Below, piece after piece: positions 11,850 to 22,530 of a stretch of DNA of 40,466 bases (the stretch's first letter is position 1; every line of letters starts with the position of its first letter). This DNA is from Octopus bimaculoides (Eukaryota): assembly GCF_001194135.2 (NCBI RefSeq), contig NC_068987.1, positions 12,019,726-12,060,191 of the forward strand, in the 5' to 3' direction. The notes beneath the pieces were generated by a model. The model saw only the letters and a program-made list of their open reading frames with translations, was not told where the DNA came from and did not search any database. Made by a program: the position numbers and the translations under genes.

Positions 11850-12880
11850 ACAGCGATGGTGGCAATATTATCTAACATCAACAATAATATCTATTGGTGG
11901 TGGTGTTAGTGATGACGATGTTGATGGTGGCTATATTATCTAACAAGAATGACACTTATTGGTTGGTGCAGATGTTGGTAGTGATGATGATGCTTATAGC
12001 AGTTGTATTAACAACTTATTGGTGGTGATGACGATGATGATGATGGAGCAGCATTATTTAACAGTAACAATACTATTGGTGCTGATGGTGATAGCGATGG
12101 GGTTACATTATTTAACAACTATTGTACTCATTGCTGGTTATGATGGTGATGATGATGATGAGGATGATGATGAGGATGATGATGATGATGATAACAATAA
12201 TATTTACTCTTTTACTCTTTTACTTGTTTCAGTCATTTGACTGTGGCCATGCTGGAGCTCCGCCTTTAGTCGAGCAAATCGACCCCAGGCCTTACTCCTT
12301 GTAAGCCTAGTAACTTATTCTATCGGCCTCTTTTGCCGAACCGCTAAGTTACGGGGACGTAAAGACACCAGCGTCGGTTGTCAAGCGATGTTGAGGGTAC
12401 AAACACAAACACACAAATCTAGATACACACATACACACACACATATATATATATATATACGACGGGCTTCTTTCAGTTTTCGTCTACTAAATTCACTCAC
12501 AAGGCTTTGGTTAGCCAGAAGCTACAGTAAAAGACACTTGCCCAAGGTGCCACTCAGTGAGACCGAACCCGGAACCATGTGGTCGGTAAGCAAGCTACTT
12601 ACCACACAGCCACTCCTGCGCCTACTAATGTTGTTGATTGTAATACTGATGGCTATAATGATTGTATTGTGTAACAACATCAATAGTATCTATTGGTGGT
12701 GATGGTTGCGATGATGGTGTTGCTATGTTATTTAACAACAATAATAGTTCTTATAGGAGGTGTTTGCTGTGATGGTGATGGCGATGGTGATCGTTAAGGT
12801 GGTTGGATTATTTGGAGATGTTGTTGGTGATGGCGGCTGCATTATTTAACCGCAACAATTGTATTTATTGGCATTGTTGG
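11850..12880. repeat. Degenerate ~50-70 bp minisatellite in GAT/GGT low-complexity DNA, interrupted by a SINE
   Basis: Motif ATTAT(C/T)TAACA..AATA..TATTGGTGGTG recurs about 9 times, on both sides of the SINE at 12203-12623. Confidence 0.7.
12203..12623 (-). mobile_element. Full-length family-A SINE (little diverged)
   Basis: Collinear with 2301-2712; minus-strand head AGGCGCAGGAGTGGCTGTGTGGTAAG and (GTAAAAGA)n tail. Confidence 0.95.
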
Positions 12881-13604
12881 TGTCGTTAATCGTCCGGGTT
12901 ATTTTTGGGTGATAATGAAGATGATAGGAGGTGTACACGCGTAAAAGAAATGGCTGACAATAGGCTGCTGGTGTGTCAGATAGTCCTGGTCTTCAAAGAC
13001 TGTCTGGAGGCCGTCTAAAAATAGATCAACTCGTCACCACCTCCTGTTCTTTCGGGAAGGAGTAGGAGGTAAAGGACCCTCCCTCCTTCTACTCCGATGA
13101 GAAAGGAGACAACAACTGCTGGTTCATTTGTTGGTGGCTGATTGATAGATTTATTCATTCATTCATTTATTCATTCAGGTAAATGTTTTACAAAGAGAGT
13201 TCGTTTTATGATGCCTACAAAGGAAGCGAACAATACCGACACAGGGACGGAGAACAGCTGCTTGCTTCAAATCAACATTTCATTCATAATGATACATTCT
13301 GATACGTATCAGCCTTTCAATCACAATAGTAATGCCGGGGTTAGTGGGTGGTTAGACTGAAAAGCCCTAACAAGAACACTCATGTAGAATTTTTTTTAAA
13401 TGTGCAGAAAAATCACGTGTATGACCTACGCGTTGCGGTGATTCTATACCAATCAATATGGCTGCTTATATATTTTTAGTTACATTGTGAGGTGGGGCAT
13501 TAAAATAGGAAAAAGAATCTTTATGATTTCTATAATATTATTGCATAACTATCGCACTGATATACTGTTTGTATAATTTTATATACTTGTAGAATGGTAT
13601 TACT

Positions 13605-13962
13605 CAGCACTCGATTAACCATTAAGCAAAATAACCACGTGCTTAGGGCATCGAGGGAAAGGCTGCTCTACAAAATGGTAAATGATCTACGGTACAAAAT
13701 GAAATCACTTTAAACTTGTTAAAATAATATTCGGGATACTAAGTATAGAAGCAGATGGAAGCAATTAAAAAGTAGAAAACTTCAAATATAAATAAAGTGG
13801 AGGTATGAAAAAATAAGCATTATATTCCATCTTACTGTTAGTTTTTGTTTAATTTTGAAAAATAAAAATATATTTTATGTTTTATCATTGTTTATATTTT
13901 GGATTATATTTATACGAGGACACCAAAATCTTTTAAGTGCCTAGGGTCTTAATCCGGCCCTG
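13605..13962. mobile_element. Degenerate hAT-like MITE
   Basis: Right end reverse complement CAGGGCCGGATTAA vs left end CAGCACTCGATTAA (10/14); 8-bp flanks GTATTACT / GTAACGCT (5/8) are consistent with an eroded 8-bp TSD. Confidence 0.5.
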
Positions 13963-14362
13963 GTAACGCTGATGTAGTTTTGTGATGTTTCTTTGTTAAT
14001 AAACTTTAGTCCCGGATCAACTCTTCTGAAGTAAATCTATAATGAGAACATCCCAAATATGACCATCACATTATATTTTTAAACAAAGTATCCACTACTA
14101 TTTTATCAGTATCAAACGCGGTTTGACGGGAATTTGACTATCATCTCTGGCAGGCCGACCATGCTGCAGAGGCTCTTTCAGAGTATTTATTGCTTCAAAT
14201 ACAAATTTCAATTCCGTTAAAGTTGGCTTTGCATTTCCGAGAGTCGAAACAGAAGTACGAATCAAGTGCAATCGATTATATTCCATCCACCCCAATAAAA
14301 AAATGTGTGGCCTTGACCAACATTAGAAATCATAATTGTAATTTATTCTAATTATACAGCCA

Positions 14363-14630
14363 TAGGACGGTGGATTGACAAAATCGTTAGAGGGTCAGGA
14401 AAGATCCCTTCAGGTTCTATAAGCTGCGTTTGAGTCAATATATGATCAATCGTATTGTTGTTCTTACAGAAACCCGCTTGCTTCCTCGGCTACTGGTCAT
14501 CGAAATATTTCGATAGTCTGGCGGTTATGGCCTTTGTAAACAACTTGTAAAGGTGAGGGAATGAAATGCAAGGTGTCGTGGTGCAATACACCTTTACGTT
14601 CTGAGTTCAAAACCCGCCGAGTTTCGTTCA
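14363..14630 (+). mobile_element. Interrupted or partial family-B SINE head
   Basis: GGATTGACAAAATCGTTAG at the start and CTTTACGTTCTGAGTTCAAAACCCGCCGAG at the end, separated by unrelated sequence. Confidence 0.5.
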
Positions 14631-14647
14631 ATACTGATGTAGAATCG

Positions 14648-14844
14648 AGAGCTTAGATGGATCAATTTTTCGAGTCGAAATCGGGTGATTTCTACCAACG
14701 AAGTATTGAAAATCTTGTTGAACGTTGGGAAGAAGTTGTAAACAACAAGGGTGAATACATTATTAATTCTTTGTTATTTTTTTATTGAACCTTTTAAAAA
14801 ATTTAAATTAAAAAAACGGCCGGAACTTAGTTGCCAACCCAATA
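14648..14844 (+). mobile_element. Mariner 3' terminal fragment with right TIR
   Basis: Translates to DQFFESKSGDFYQRSIENLVERWEEVVNNKGEYII (mariner C-terminus); ends AAAACGGCCGGAACTTAGTTGCCAACCCAATA. Confidence 0.9.
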
Positions 14845-14934
14845 TAAGCCTCTCGTAATATATTCTATAAAAATTTAACATAGGGTTACTAGGACACACA
14901 AATATCTAAAAAGAAGTACATGCTCAATGGGATA

Positions 14935-15150
14935 CTACTAGATAACCTGACAAAATCGTTAGCGTGTCGGACTAAGCGGCATTTCTACAGGCTTTTTTAC
15001 CTTCTGAATTAAAATTACGCCAAGGTCGGCATTATTTTTCATCCTATAAGGGTCGTTATAATAAAGAACTAGTCAGATACTAGGGCCAATGTAATTAACT
15101 AACATCATCCCTTAAGATTGCTGGTCTTGTGTCAAAGTTTCAAAGCACCA
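14935..15150 (+). mobile_element. Family-B SINE (diverged)
   Basis: GACAAAATCGTTAGCGTGTCGG..TAAGCGGCATTTC..AAGGTCGGC..TTTCATCC..CTTGTGTCAAAGTTT. Confidence 0.75.
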
Positions 15151-15697
15151 AATCAAGGGTTCATGAATATTCAGATTTTATAACAATCGAATGTCATTCT
15201 TACATATTCCTCTGAAACGAACAGATTGAAGGATTCTTTCGACTTTTAGAAACAGATCTCCGTTTAATTATCCCAATAAAACAAATACACGAATAACCAT
15301 CTGCTGATGTAATCCACTTGGGAATAGTTCCCTCTCTAGGAATTAAAATAGACGCAGTTCAAGTTCAACTCGACCAAATCGATTTATATTATAATCGTCC
15401 CTTTTTATATCGTGGACAATGTTCGGAAATCCTTGATTTTAATTAATAAGGAAAATGAACTCTTGATTTAATGATATAGTGTTGTTGTCGTAGTTTTATG
15501 TTATTTCGATCTAAATCAAATAGATCAATGCTCAGAACCGTTTCAGCTATGACCATCCAGTCTTATTTTCAGAGAAACCATCTTGGACTAAGCTTTACAA
15601 TGCGTTCACTTTTAAAACAGTATGACTAAGGCAAGATGTTTGATTGAATCGTTAGAGCCTCAAATAAAGTGCGTTACGATATTAGCTCCAACTAATA

Positions 15698-15927
15698 TGA
15701 AGCGGAGAGTAGGCAGAATCGTTCGAACGTCAAACAAAATGCCTCACTGCATTCCTTCCCACTCTTCAGGTTAGAAGTTCAAATCCCACCGAGGTCAACT
15801 TTGTCTTTCATCTTTTGGGAGTCAATAAAAGAAAGTACCAGTAAATACTTGGGTAAATGAGATCGATTAATCCCTTCGCACAGAAAAAAAAAGTTCCTGG
15901 TTTTGTGTCAAAATTTGAAACGATATT
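15698..15927 (+). mobile_element. Family-B SINE, followed by a partial older copy to ~16110
   Basis: GGCAGAATCGTT..AGTTCAAATCCCACCGAGGTCAACTTTGTCTTTCATC..AGTACCAG..TTGTGTCAAAATTTGAAAC. Confidence 0.82.
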
Positions 15928-16334
15928 AGTCAAGGCTTACTGCGTTCTGTCAAAATCCCATCGAAGACAACTTTGCATTCATCCTTTTGGGAGGTCAACA
16001 AAAAGGAAAAAAGATGTAAGCCGAATAAAGGTGCTGCCTTTTTTCCTTTCACGTTCCACTGAGTCAAGGGCAGTGGAGGTGATAGAGTATTTTTGCCTAA
16101 TTGCCACTACATAGTTATATAAAAAAGATAATTAGCGCAGACATGGTACATGCTTCCGAGTCAAGTCATACTCGATTCAGAGCAATAGCAAGTAATTTAG
16201 TTTTAGGGTGAGCCTGGAGAGAGATGGGTTTATTGTTTCTTACAGTTCAAGGGACCTACAGTATTTAACATTTCAAGTTTTCATATTTCATTGAATTTTT
16301 GATGTTGGCACTCTGCATATAGATAAGAATCAGG

Positions 16335-17222
16335 ATAAAGAGGAGGAGGAGGAAAAGAGGTAAAAGAGGAGGAGGTGGACGAAGAGGTGGAGAGGAGAAG
16401 GTGGAGAAGGAAGGAAAGAGAAAGAGTTACGTGAAGTAATGGATGCCAAAAAAAAAAAAAATTAATAAGCTGGAATGGAGAACTGGGTAGGTGAAAAGAA
16501 AGAAGTGAAGTTCAAGAAAAGAACGGCAAATAATATTGATGTTGACGATCATCTTGATGATGATGATGATGATGATGGTGTTGATGATGATGATGGTGTT
16601 GATGATGATGGAGAACAAGAGTAAGAGGAGGGAAAGGATGATGGCGGAAGTGGTGGTGGTGGTGGGGTGAGTTCCTAATACTGTTGACAAATTCGAGACA
16701 AATTCGATGTCGATTCAGATATGAAGGGAAATTGAAGGAAAGAAGACAGAATAAATGGGAAGGAAGAAAAAAAAAAAGAAGTGTGAAATATAGAAGACAG
16801 ACAGAAAGTGATGGCGAAAAAAAAAGGGTAGATGAGAAATATGAGAAAGTAGAGGAAACTGAAGAAGATGATGAAAAAGAAGATAAAGATAAGACAAAGA
16901 TAAAAAGAAAATAGAAGTAAAATATTTAAACGGACGCAAAAAAGCAGAAAAGAAGGAAAAAAAGAACGAATAGAATCTTATGATAATGATAGTGATAAGG
17001 CTGTTGTTGTTGCTGTTGTTGCTGCTGTCGTGATGGGAATGAAGAATAAGATGAAGAAGTAAAGAAGAAAAATGAAAGAAAAAGTCCTGAGAATTCATAA
17101 AATAAGAAAGAGAAAAATGTGATATAGCATGACGACGACGATGAAGTAGAAGAAGGAGAAGAAAAAGAAGAAGAAGAAGAAGAAGAAGAAGAAGAAGAAG
17201 AAGAAGAAGAAGAAGAAGAACT
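16335..17222 (+). repeat. Purine-rich low-complexity tract (GAG/GAT/GAA-rich, ending in (GAA)n)
   Basis: Directly visible strand asymmetry; produces the spurious poly-L and poly-S ORFs. Confidence 0.9.
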
Positions 17223-17816
17223 ATAGTCCTTTCTTTGGAACGCCTTTTCATGCATATTGGTAAGCGATCAATGAAAACGAAATAATCGAGTGGGTGTGGT
17301 TAGGATTTGAACGTATTACAAGACGTGTACAAAGAGGGTGTCATTACGTATTCATGTCTTCAGTTATTGGTAGACGTCTGCAAGAAGGCTGACAACGAAC
17401 CTGTCGCCTAAGTTTAGTAGCAGATATTGCGTAGGCAAACCTGAAATAAACGTGCAACAAGCTTACACTAGTAGCAGTAGCGGAACATTTTCCAATATAA
17501 TTAAATTAGATGCCACCACAGCCAGTAGCAACGGCAGCAGTGGTAGTAGTAGGCGGAGGAGATGGTTGAAAGTCAACAGTGTTCTTCTTAAAGCTTACTT
17601 TACTATATTCAATTTAGTGTAACTTGTTGGGAGATACCTTTCCCTTTCATTAAAAGCGAGATCGATAGATCAAAGTATTGGCAATATACTAAGGGAGCTT
17701 CCGTTAGTTATTTCCTTTCACAATACCAGTAGTTCTCACCCTTTTATAACTCAATGCCTTACCATTCACTAAATGTGTTATTATAAACGCGCCCCCATTA
17801 TATTCTTCTAACATTT

Positions 17817-18219
17817 ATCTTTTACTTGTTTCAGTCATTAGACTGCGGCCATGCTTGGGCACCGTCCTGAAGAATTCTTTACTCAAAGGAATCGCCTCAA
17901 GTACTTATTTTTCTTTTAAGCCTGTGGACATATTCTATCAGTCCCTTTTGCCGAAACACTAAGTTACTGCGACGTAAACACACCGACACCGGTTGTTAAG
18001 CGGTGGTAGGAGACAAACACAGACTCAAAGACACACACACATACACACACTATGACAGGCTTCTCTCAGTTTCCGTTTACCAAATTCACTCACAAGGCTT
18101 TGGTCAGCCGGAGACTATAGTAGAAAACACTTGGTCAAGGTTACTATGCAGTGGGACTGAACCCGGGACCATGCTGTTGGGAATCAAGCTTCTTCCCACA
18201 CAAGCACGCCCGCGCCTGC
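17817..18219 (-). mobile_element. Full-length family-A SINE, older variant
   Basis: Collinear with the other family-A copies, with more substitutions and a short central CA tract. Confidence 0.9.
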
Positions 18220-18529
18220 GCAAAAATTATTTTAATCAAGCAGAGGCAAGATTTGAACAGAGGTTTTTTTTTTATTCGTATATTCTTGTAGTATCCCTTT
18301 GAGCATGTATTTCTTTTTAGACATTTGAGTGTCCGAATAACCCTATGTTAAATTTTTATAGAATATATCACAAGAGGAGAGAAATTACTTATCGAAATTA
18401 AACTGAGCTTTGTCGAATCATCAGTCACGATTCTGCTCATTAATAGCCCAATGTTCTATTCATATATTAACCTCGACATATATTGATATTTTACATGATT
18501 AAGATATATTTCTAAGAAATATCGCGAGC

Positions 18530-18716
18530 TCTCTTAGCACTCAGTGCCCTCATTCGCTTCCCCTGTCTCAAGAGTAACAGGCCGAAACCGTAATGATGAC
18601 CAGAAGCTTGACTAATGAATAGAAAGCCACGAATGTTCCGTCCTGGTTTTCCTGTCCGTCCTTGTATTGTCCATCTGTCCACATGTCTTCGCTGTCGTCC
18701 GTTACGTTCTTGTTCC

Positions 18717-18720
<4 letters not shown>
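18530..18720 (+). mobile_element. Possible Penelope-like element terminal (pLTR) fragment
   Basis: CTCAAGAG..CCGAAACCG resembles a decayed CTGANGA..GAAA motif, followed by a pyrimidine-rich stretch running into (TA)n; recall-based. Confidence 0.25.
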
Positions 18721-18755
<35 letters not shown>

Positions 18756-18800
18756 ATATATATANNNNNNNNNNNNNNNNNNNNNNNNNNNNNNNNNNNN

Positions 18801-18841
<41 letters not shown>
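18721..18841. repeat. (TA)n array with N-gap
   Basis: Directly visible. Confidence 0.95.
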
Positions 18842-18842
<1 letters not shown>

Positions 18843-18843
<1 letters not shown>

Positions 18844-19005
18844 AGACGGACTTATTTCAGTTTCCGTCAGCCAAATCCCACTCTCAAGGCTTAGGACGGA
18901 CCGAGGTTATAGAAGAAGACACTTGCTCAAGGTGCTACGCAGTGAAACTGGACCTGGAACCATGTGGTGGAGAAAGAAAATGCTTACCACACGCTTCCTC
19001 CCACC
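18843..19005 (-). mobile_element. Family-A SINE head half
   Basis: TTCAGTTTCCGTC..CAAGGCTT..GAAGACACTTGCTCAAGGTG..GGAACCATGTGG..TTACCACAC. Confidence 0.82.
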
Positions 19006-21084
19006 ACCACACAGACTGTATTTTCAAAATACTCAAGTTTGGTATATTGCTCTTTAAATACGACACAATTAGATTTTGAGAACGAAGAATAGTCACCATT
19101 TATGCATTGATAGATATAAGAACTGGAATATGATTCCACCTGAAGAATACCAACATGATTGGAACCATTAAAATATCAATTGCCCATTTACCGTCCTCAC
19201 ACTGGGTCAAAATCGAAATAATTACCTTTGATCTTCATATTTTTATTTGCCTCAACTGAAAATCGTTTCTGTGAATGCTATGTAATTATGATTGGTCTGA
19301 TATTTAAAGCGATCGATATAAAAAGATTTTCCTGAAAATTGTTGTTTTCTATGTATGTCTTTTTATATCTATTTAATTTATAGCTGGCATATTTCCATAG
19401 GATAAAGGTAAATGACTTACGTATAATATATAATATTATTTTCGTGTCTTGAAAATTGAAGTCTGTTGGGATATATATTCATTTTTATTACAAAACTTAT
19501 TCTGAATAATCATCAATGAATAGGTCCATTGATGTAAACATCAAACAGATTATATAGCGTTAGGTTTGCTTTTCAAACTAAGCTAAGATATGAAAAAAGT
19601 TTTTTCTCTATACCTTGTCCCATCGTCAAATATAGATTGAGAAAATAGATTAATCTCTATCAACATGGCAGCATTAAGAGTGCTTTTGAATGTCTTTGTT
19701 GAAAGGTAGGACATCTTTTACAATAATAACCAGTGGTGACGTTTGTATGCTGTACTTTATCGGAATAAATTTAAGACTGCAATCCTATAATAAAATTGAT
19801 TTTAGCATGACAGATATCGATACAAATCAAATTTTGATTGTTGAAGTATAGTCAGGAACGATCTCTCTTAAGCATGAGTTTGTTCTAATTCTGTCATTTG
19901 CTAAAATCGATTCTTCATTAAAAAAAAAAAAATTCATGTTTTTCTTTTTTCTATCATAAATGTTTGGGACGTTAAAAGGGAAATAACGAGTTTCTTACCA
20001 TTATGTTGTGTGTGACAGACGGGCAGATTCAATATTTCTTATCATAATAGATTTTAAGGAAGCAGGCTAGCCATGTGCCAAAATTTGAAACCATCATTAT
20101 GATGAATTTTCAACTTCATGAGATGTCTTTGTTTCTGTCTTGGAAATCACGGAAGTTTAGAGATCGTTGCAGCTAAGTGTCCTCAAAATTGTTGATTTTT
20201 CTCGGTTATACACAATACACAAAGCGCTCCTTTTCTGCAAAGATTAACAAACTACCGTATTTGATAACATAAAGCAAACACGGTTATATTTGATGCACCC
20301 CAACTCAGCTTACTATGAAGTGAGCGTCAGGGACAAAATTTGTTTATGGGAGGCCCACTTTCGCATTTAGGGCTCAGGGTGATTTTTGGTAGCGAGTGGG
20401 GACATTTTTTGGGGAAAAAGAGTGGGTTTTATATCCCATCAAATGCGATATATATTTATCAATCTACTGACGTATTCAGGAAAAATCCCTGGAACTATAT
20501 GAACTTAATAGAATCTAAAAAGCTAAGTCAGCTTCGATCCGCCAGGGAATACATTTTACTTATTTGATGTTACCAATGATTGTAGTGAAGAAATGAATGC
20601 CGTTACCATCCATTTCTCCAAAGTCATAAATCCAAGAAAATACCATTTTTCGCAACGCTACAATTTTTTTCACACTTCATGTTTTAGTGTTCCTGGGAGA
20701 ATATATCTCTCTTCTTTCATACCAATGGCTCTAATTCTGGATATTATTCAAGAAGCTTATATACAATCATTGTATAATTCCTGCTGTACATGAATCGATT
20801 TTGTAAGTATGTCCTTTAACTTGATAAACGATCGCCTTATTATGTTTATGAGCTGGCACCAGAACTGTTTAGTTTCTCTGTCCTTGCTTCGAAAACATTT
20901 TACGCACGCAGAAACACAAATAACACATATTGTATATTTTGGAAACATTATTTCTACTAATAAACGTGAAACAACTACATGGTCCTAGAAACATCGATCA
21001 ACCGAGTTGTAGGTTATGAAGATTCAAGTTTCTTCGATTTTTCAACCGAATAAATAGGGATAAAATAACTCATTATTTTTTAGA

Positions 21085-21225
21085 GCCAGCAGACTTGTTC
21101 TGCAACCCCGTGGTTCCGAATTCAAACCTACTGCGTGCACTTTAAACAAGTATCTTCTGCTAGAGCTCCGGGGACACCAATGCATTGTGAGTAAATTTGG
21201 TAGACACAAACTATGTAGAAACTAG
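21085..21225 (+). mobile_element. Degraded family-A SINE head half
   Basis: GTGGTTCCGAATTCAAACCTACTGCGTG..AAGTATCTTCTGCTA..TTGTGAGTAAATTTGGTAGAC. Confidence 0.7.
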
Positions 21226-21242
21226 GCTTTAAAAGGGCGCAT

Positions 21243-21493
21243 AAATAATAATGATGATGATGATAATAATGATAATAATAATAATAATAATAATAATATA
21301 TATATATATATAATAATAATACTAATAATAACAATAATAATAAATGAAAAATATACCAGTAGAGTACGATACTAATAATAATGNNNNNNNNNNTATATAT
21401 ATATATATATATATATATATTTCTTGTATAATAATGGAGTGGAGTGTAGATGAACAAAATAGAAGAGTATATATTTTTGAATTGTCTACAAAT

Positions 21494-21524
<31 letters not shown>

Positions 21525-21802
21525 GTGCGCACACAAACACACACTCGTATATACATACGTATATGTATATTATATGTATATATATAGAGAGTGAGATAGA
21601 TAGATAAATAGATATCTCAAAGCTTTCTCATATAAATACAGAAATCTGTTGCATTTAAATTAATTATGTGAATTAATTACGCAATCACGGATTTTTTTTA
21701 CTCTGTTTCTGGAAACAGCTGTAGAAAACGAATTATGAATTGTACGAAATTCTGGCTTCTCTGCTTTTTACTATTTTATACAAACATACATACATACATA
21801 CA

Positions 21803-21830
<28 letters not shown>
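21243..21830. repeat. Microsatellite-rich segment: (AAT)n, (TA)n, (CA)n, (GATA)n, (CATA)n
   Basis: Directly visible, with unique spacers. Confidence 0.9.
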
Positions 21831-21833
<3 letters not shown>

Positions 21834-22324
21834 GCATATGTATAGAGTGCCAGTACCAGAAGCTGAAAGTTGTCAAAAATATATCTTTGATAATTTCCTA
21901 CAAATGGAAAGAAAGCGCTTAGAATTAATACTTATTAAATATATTGCATTTTCGTAATACCTGGCTAATTTGTTTTGCTAATATATAATTGGATGTAAAC
22001 CAAAATATGAAATTCAGACGATACTCGCTAATTATTAATCTATCACTGTGCTGTTGAAAATAAATTAATAATTCCCTCTGGAGTATGTTTAATTAAAATA
22101 AATATGTTCTGATTAATTTCATACTTTTAAGCAGATAATCGTTATTCTAAAATTATTTTGTAACAAGACGGGAAAATTTGTTGCAGATTTTTGTCCATAA
22201 GAAAGAGACAGTGTTGAGAAAACAGAAATTAAGCATTTTACAATCCTCAGTGGTGGTAGTTAAGTTATCAAAACTCATATTATGCTACCTTTAAATATTA
22301 TCTCAAACCCTAGCTCTCATAGAG

Positions 22325-22530
22325 CCGGTTAGTTGGTTTCGATTGCGTATAAATGACTCACTCCTGGAGAGGGACGCCAGTCTTTCGCAACTTTACTCAT
22401 TTACAGCTGAGTGGACTGCCGCAAAGTGAAAATGAAGTGTTTTGCTCAAGAATACAACACATCACCCAGTCCAGGAATCGACACCACGGTCGAAAGATTG
22501 TGAGTGCAACACGCAAACTACAAGGCCCCG
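22325..22530 (-). mobile_element. tRNA-derived SINE (working family E)
   Basis: GGGACGCCAGTC..ACTCATTTACAGCTGAGTGGACTG..AAGTGTTTTGCTCAAGAATACAAC..GGAATCGA. Confidence 0.78.

Noticed and set aside
16427-17255. Poly-L, poly-S and poly-I ORFs and the charged ORF at 16684-16914
   Set aside because: These are translations of GAA/GAT low-complexity repeats, with no domain signal.
20320-20546. Possible second hAT-like MITE (right end GATCCGCCAGGG)
   Set aside because: The left terminus and TSD could not be matched convincingly.
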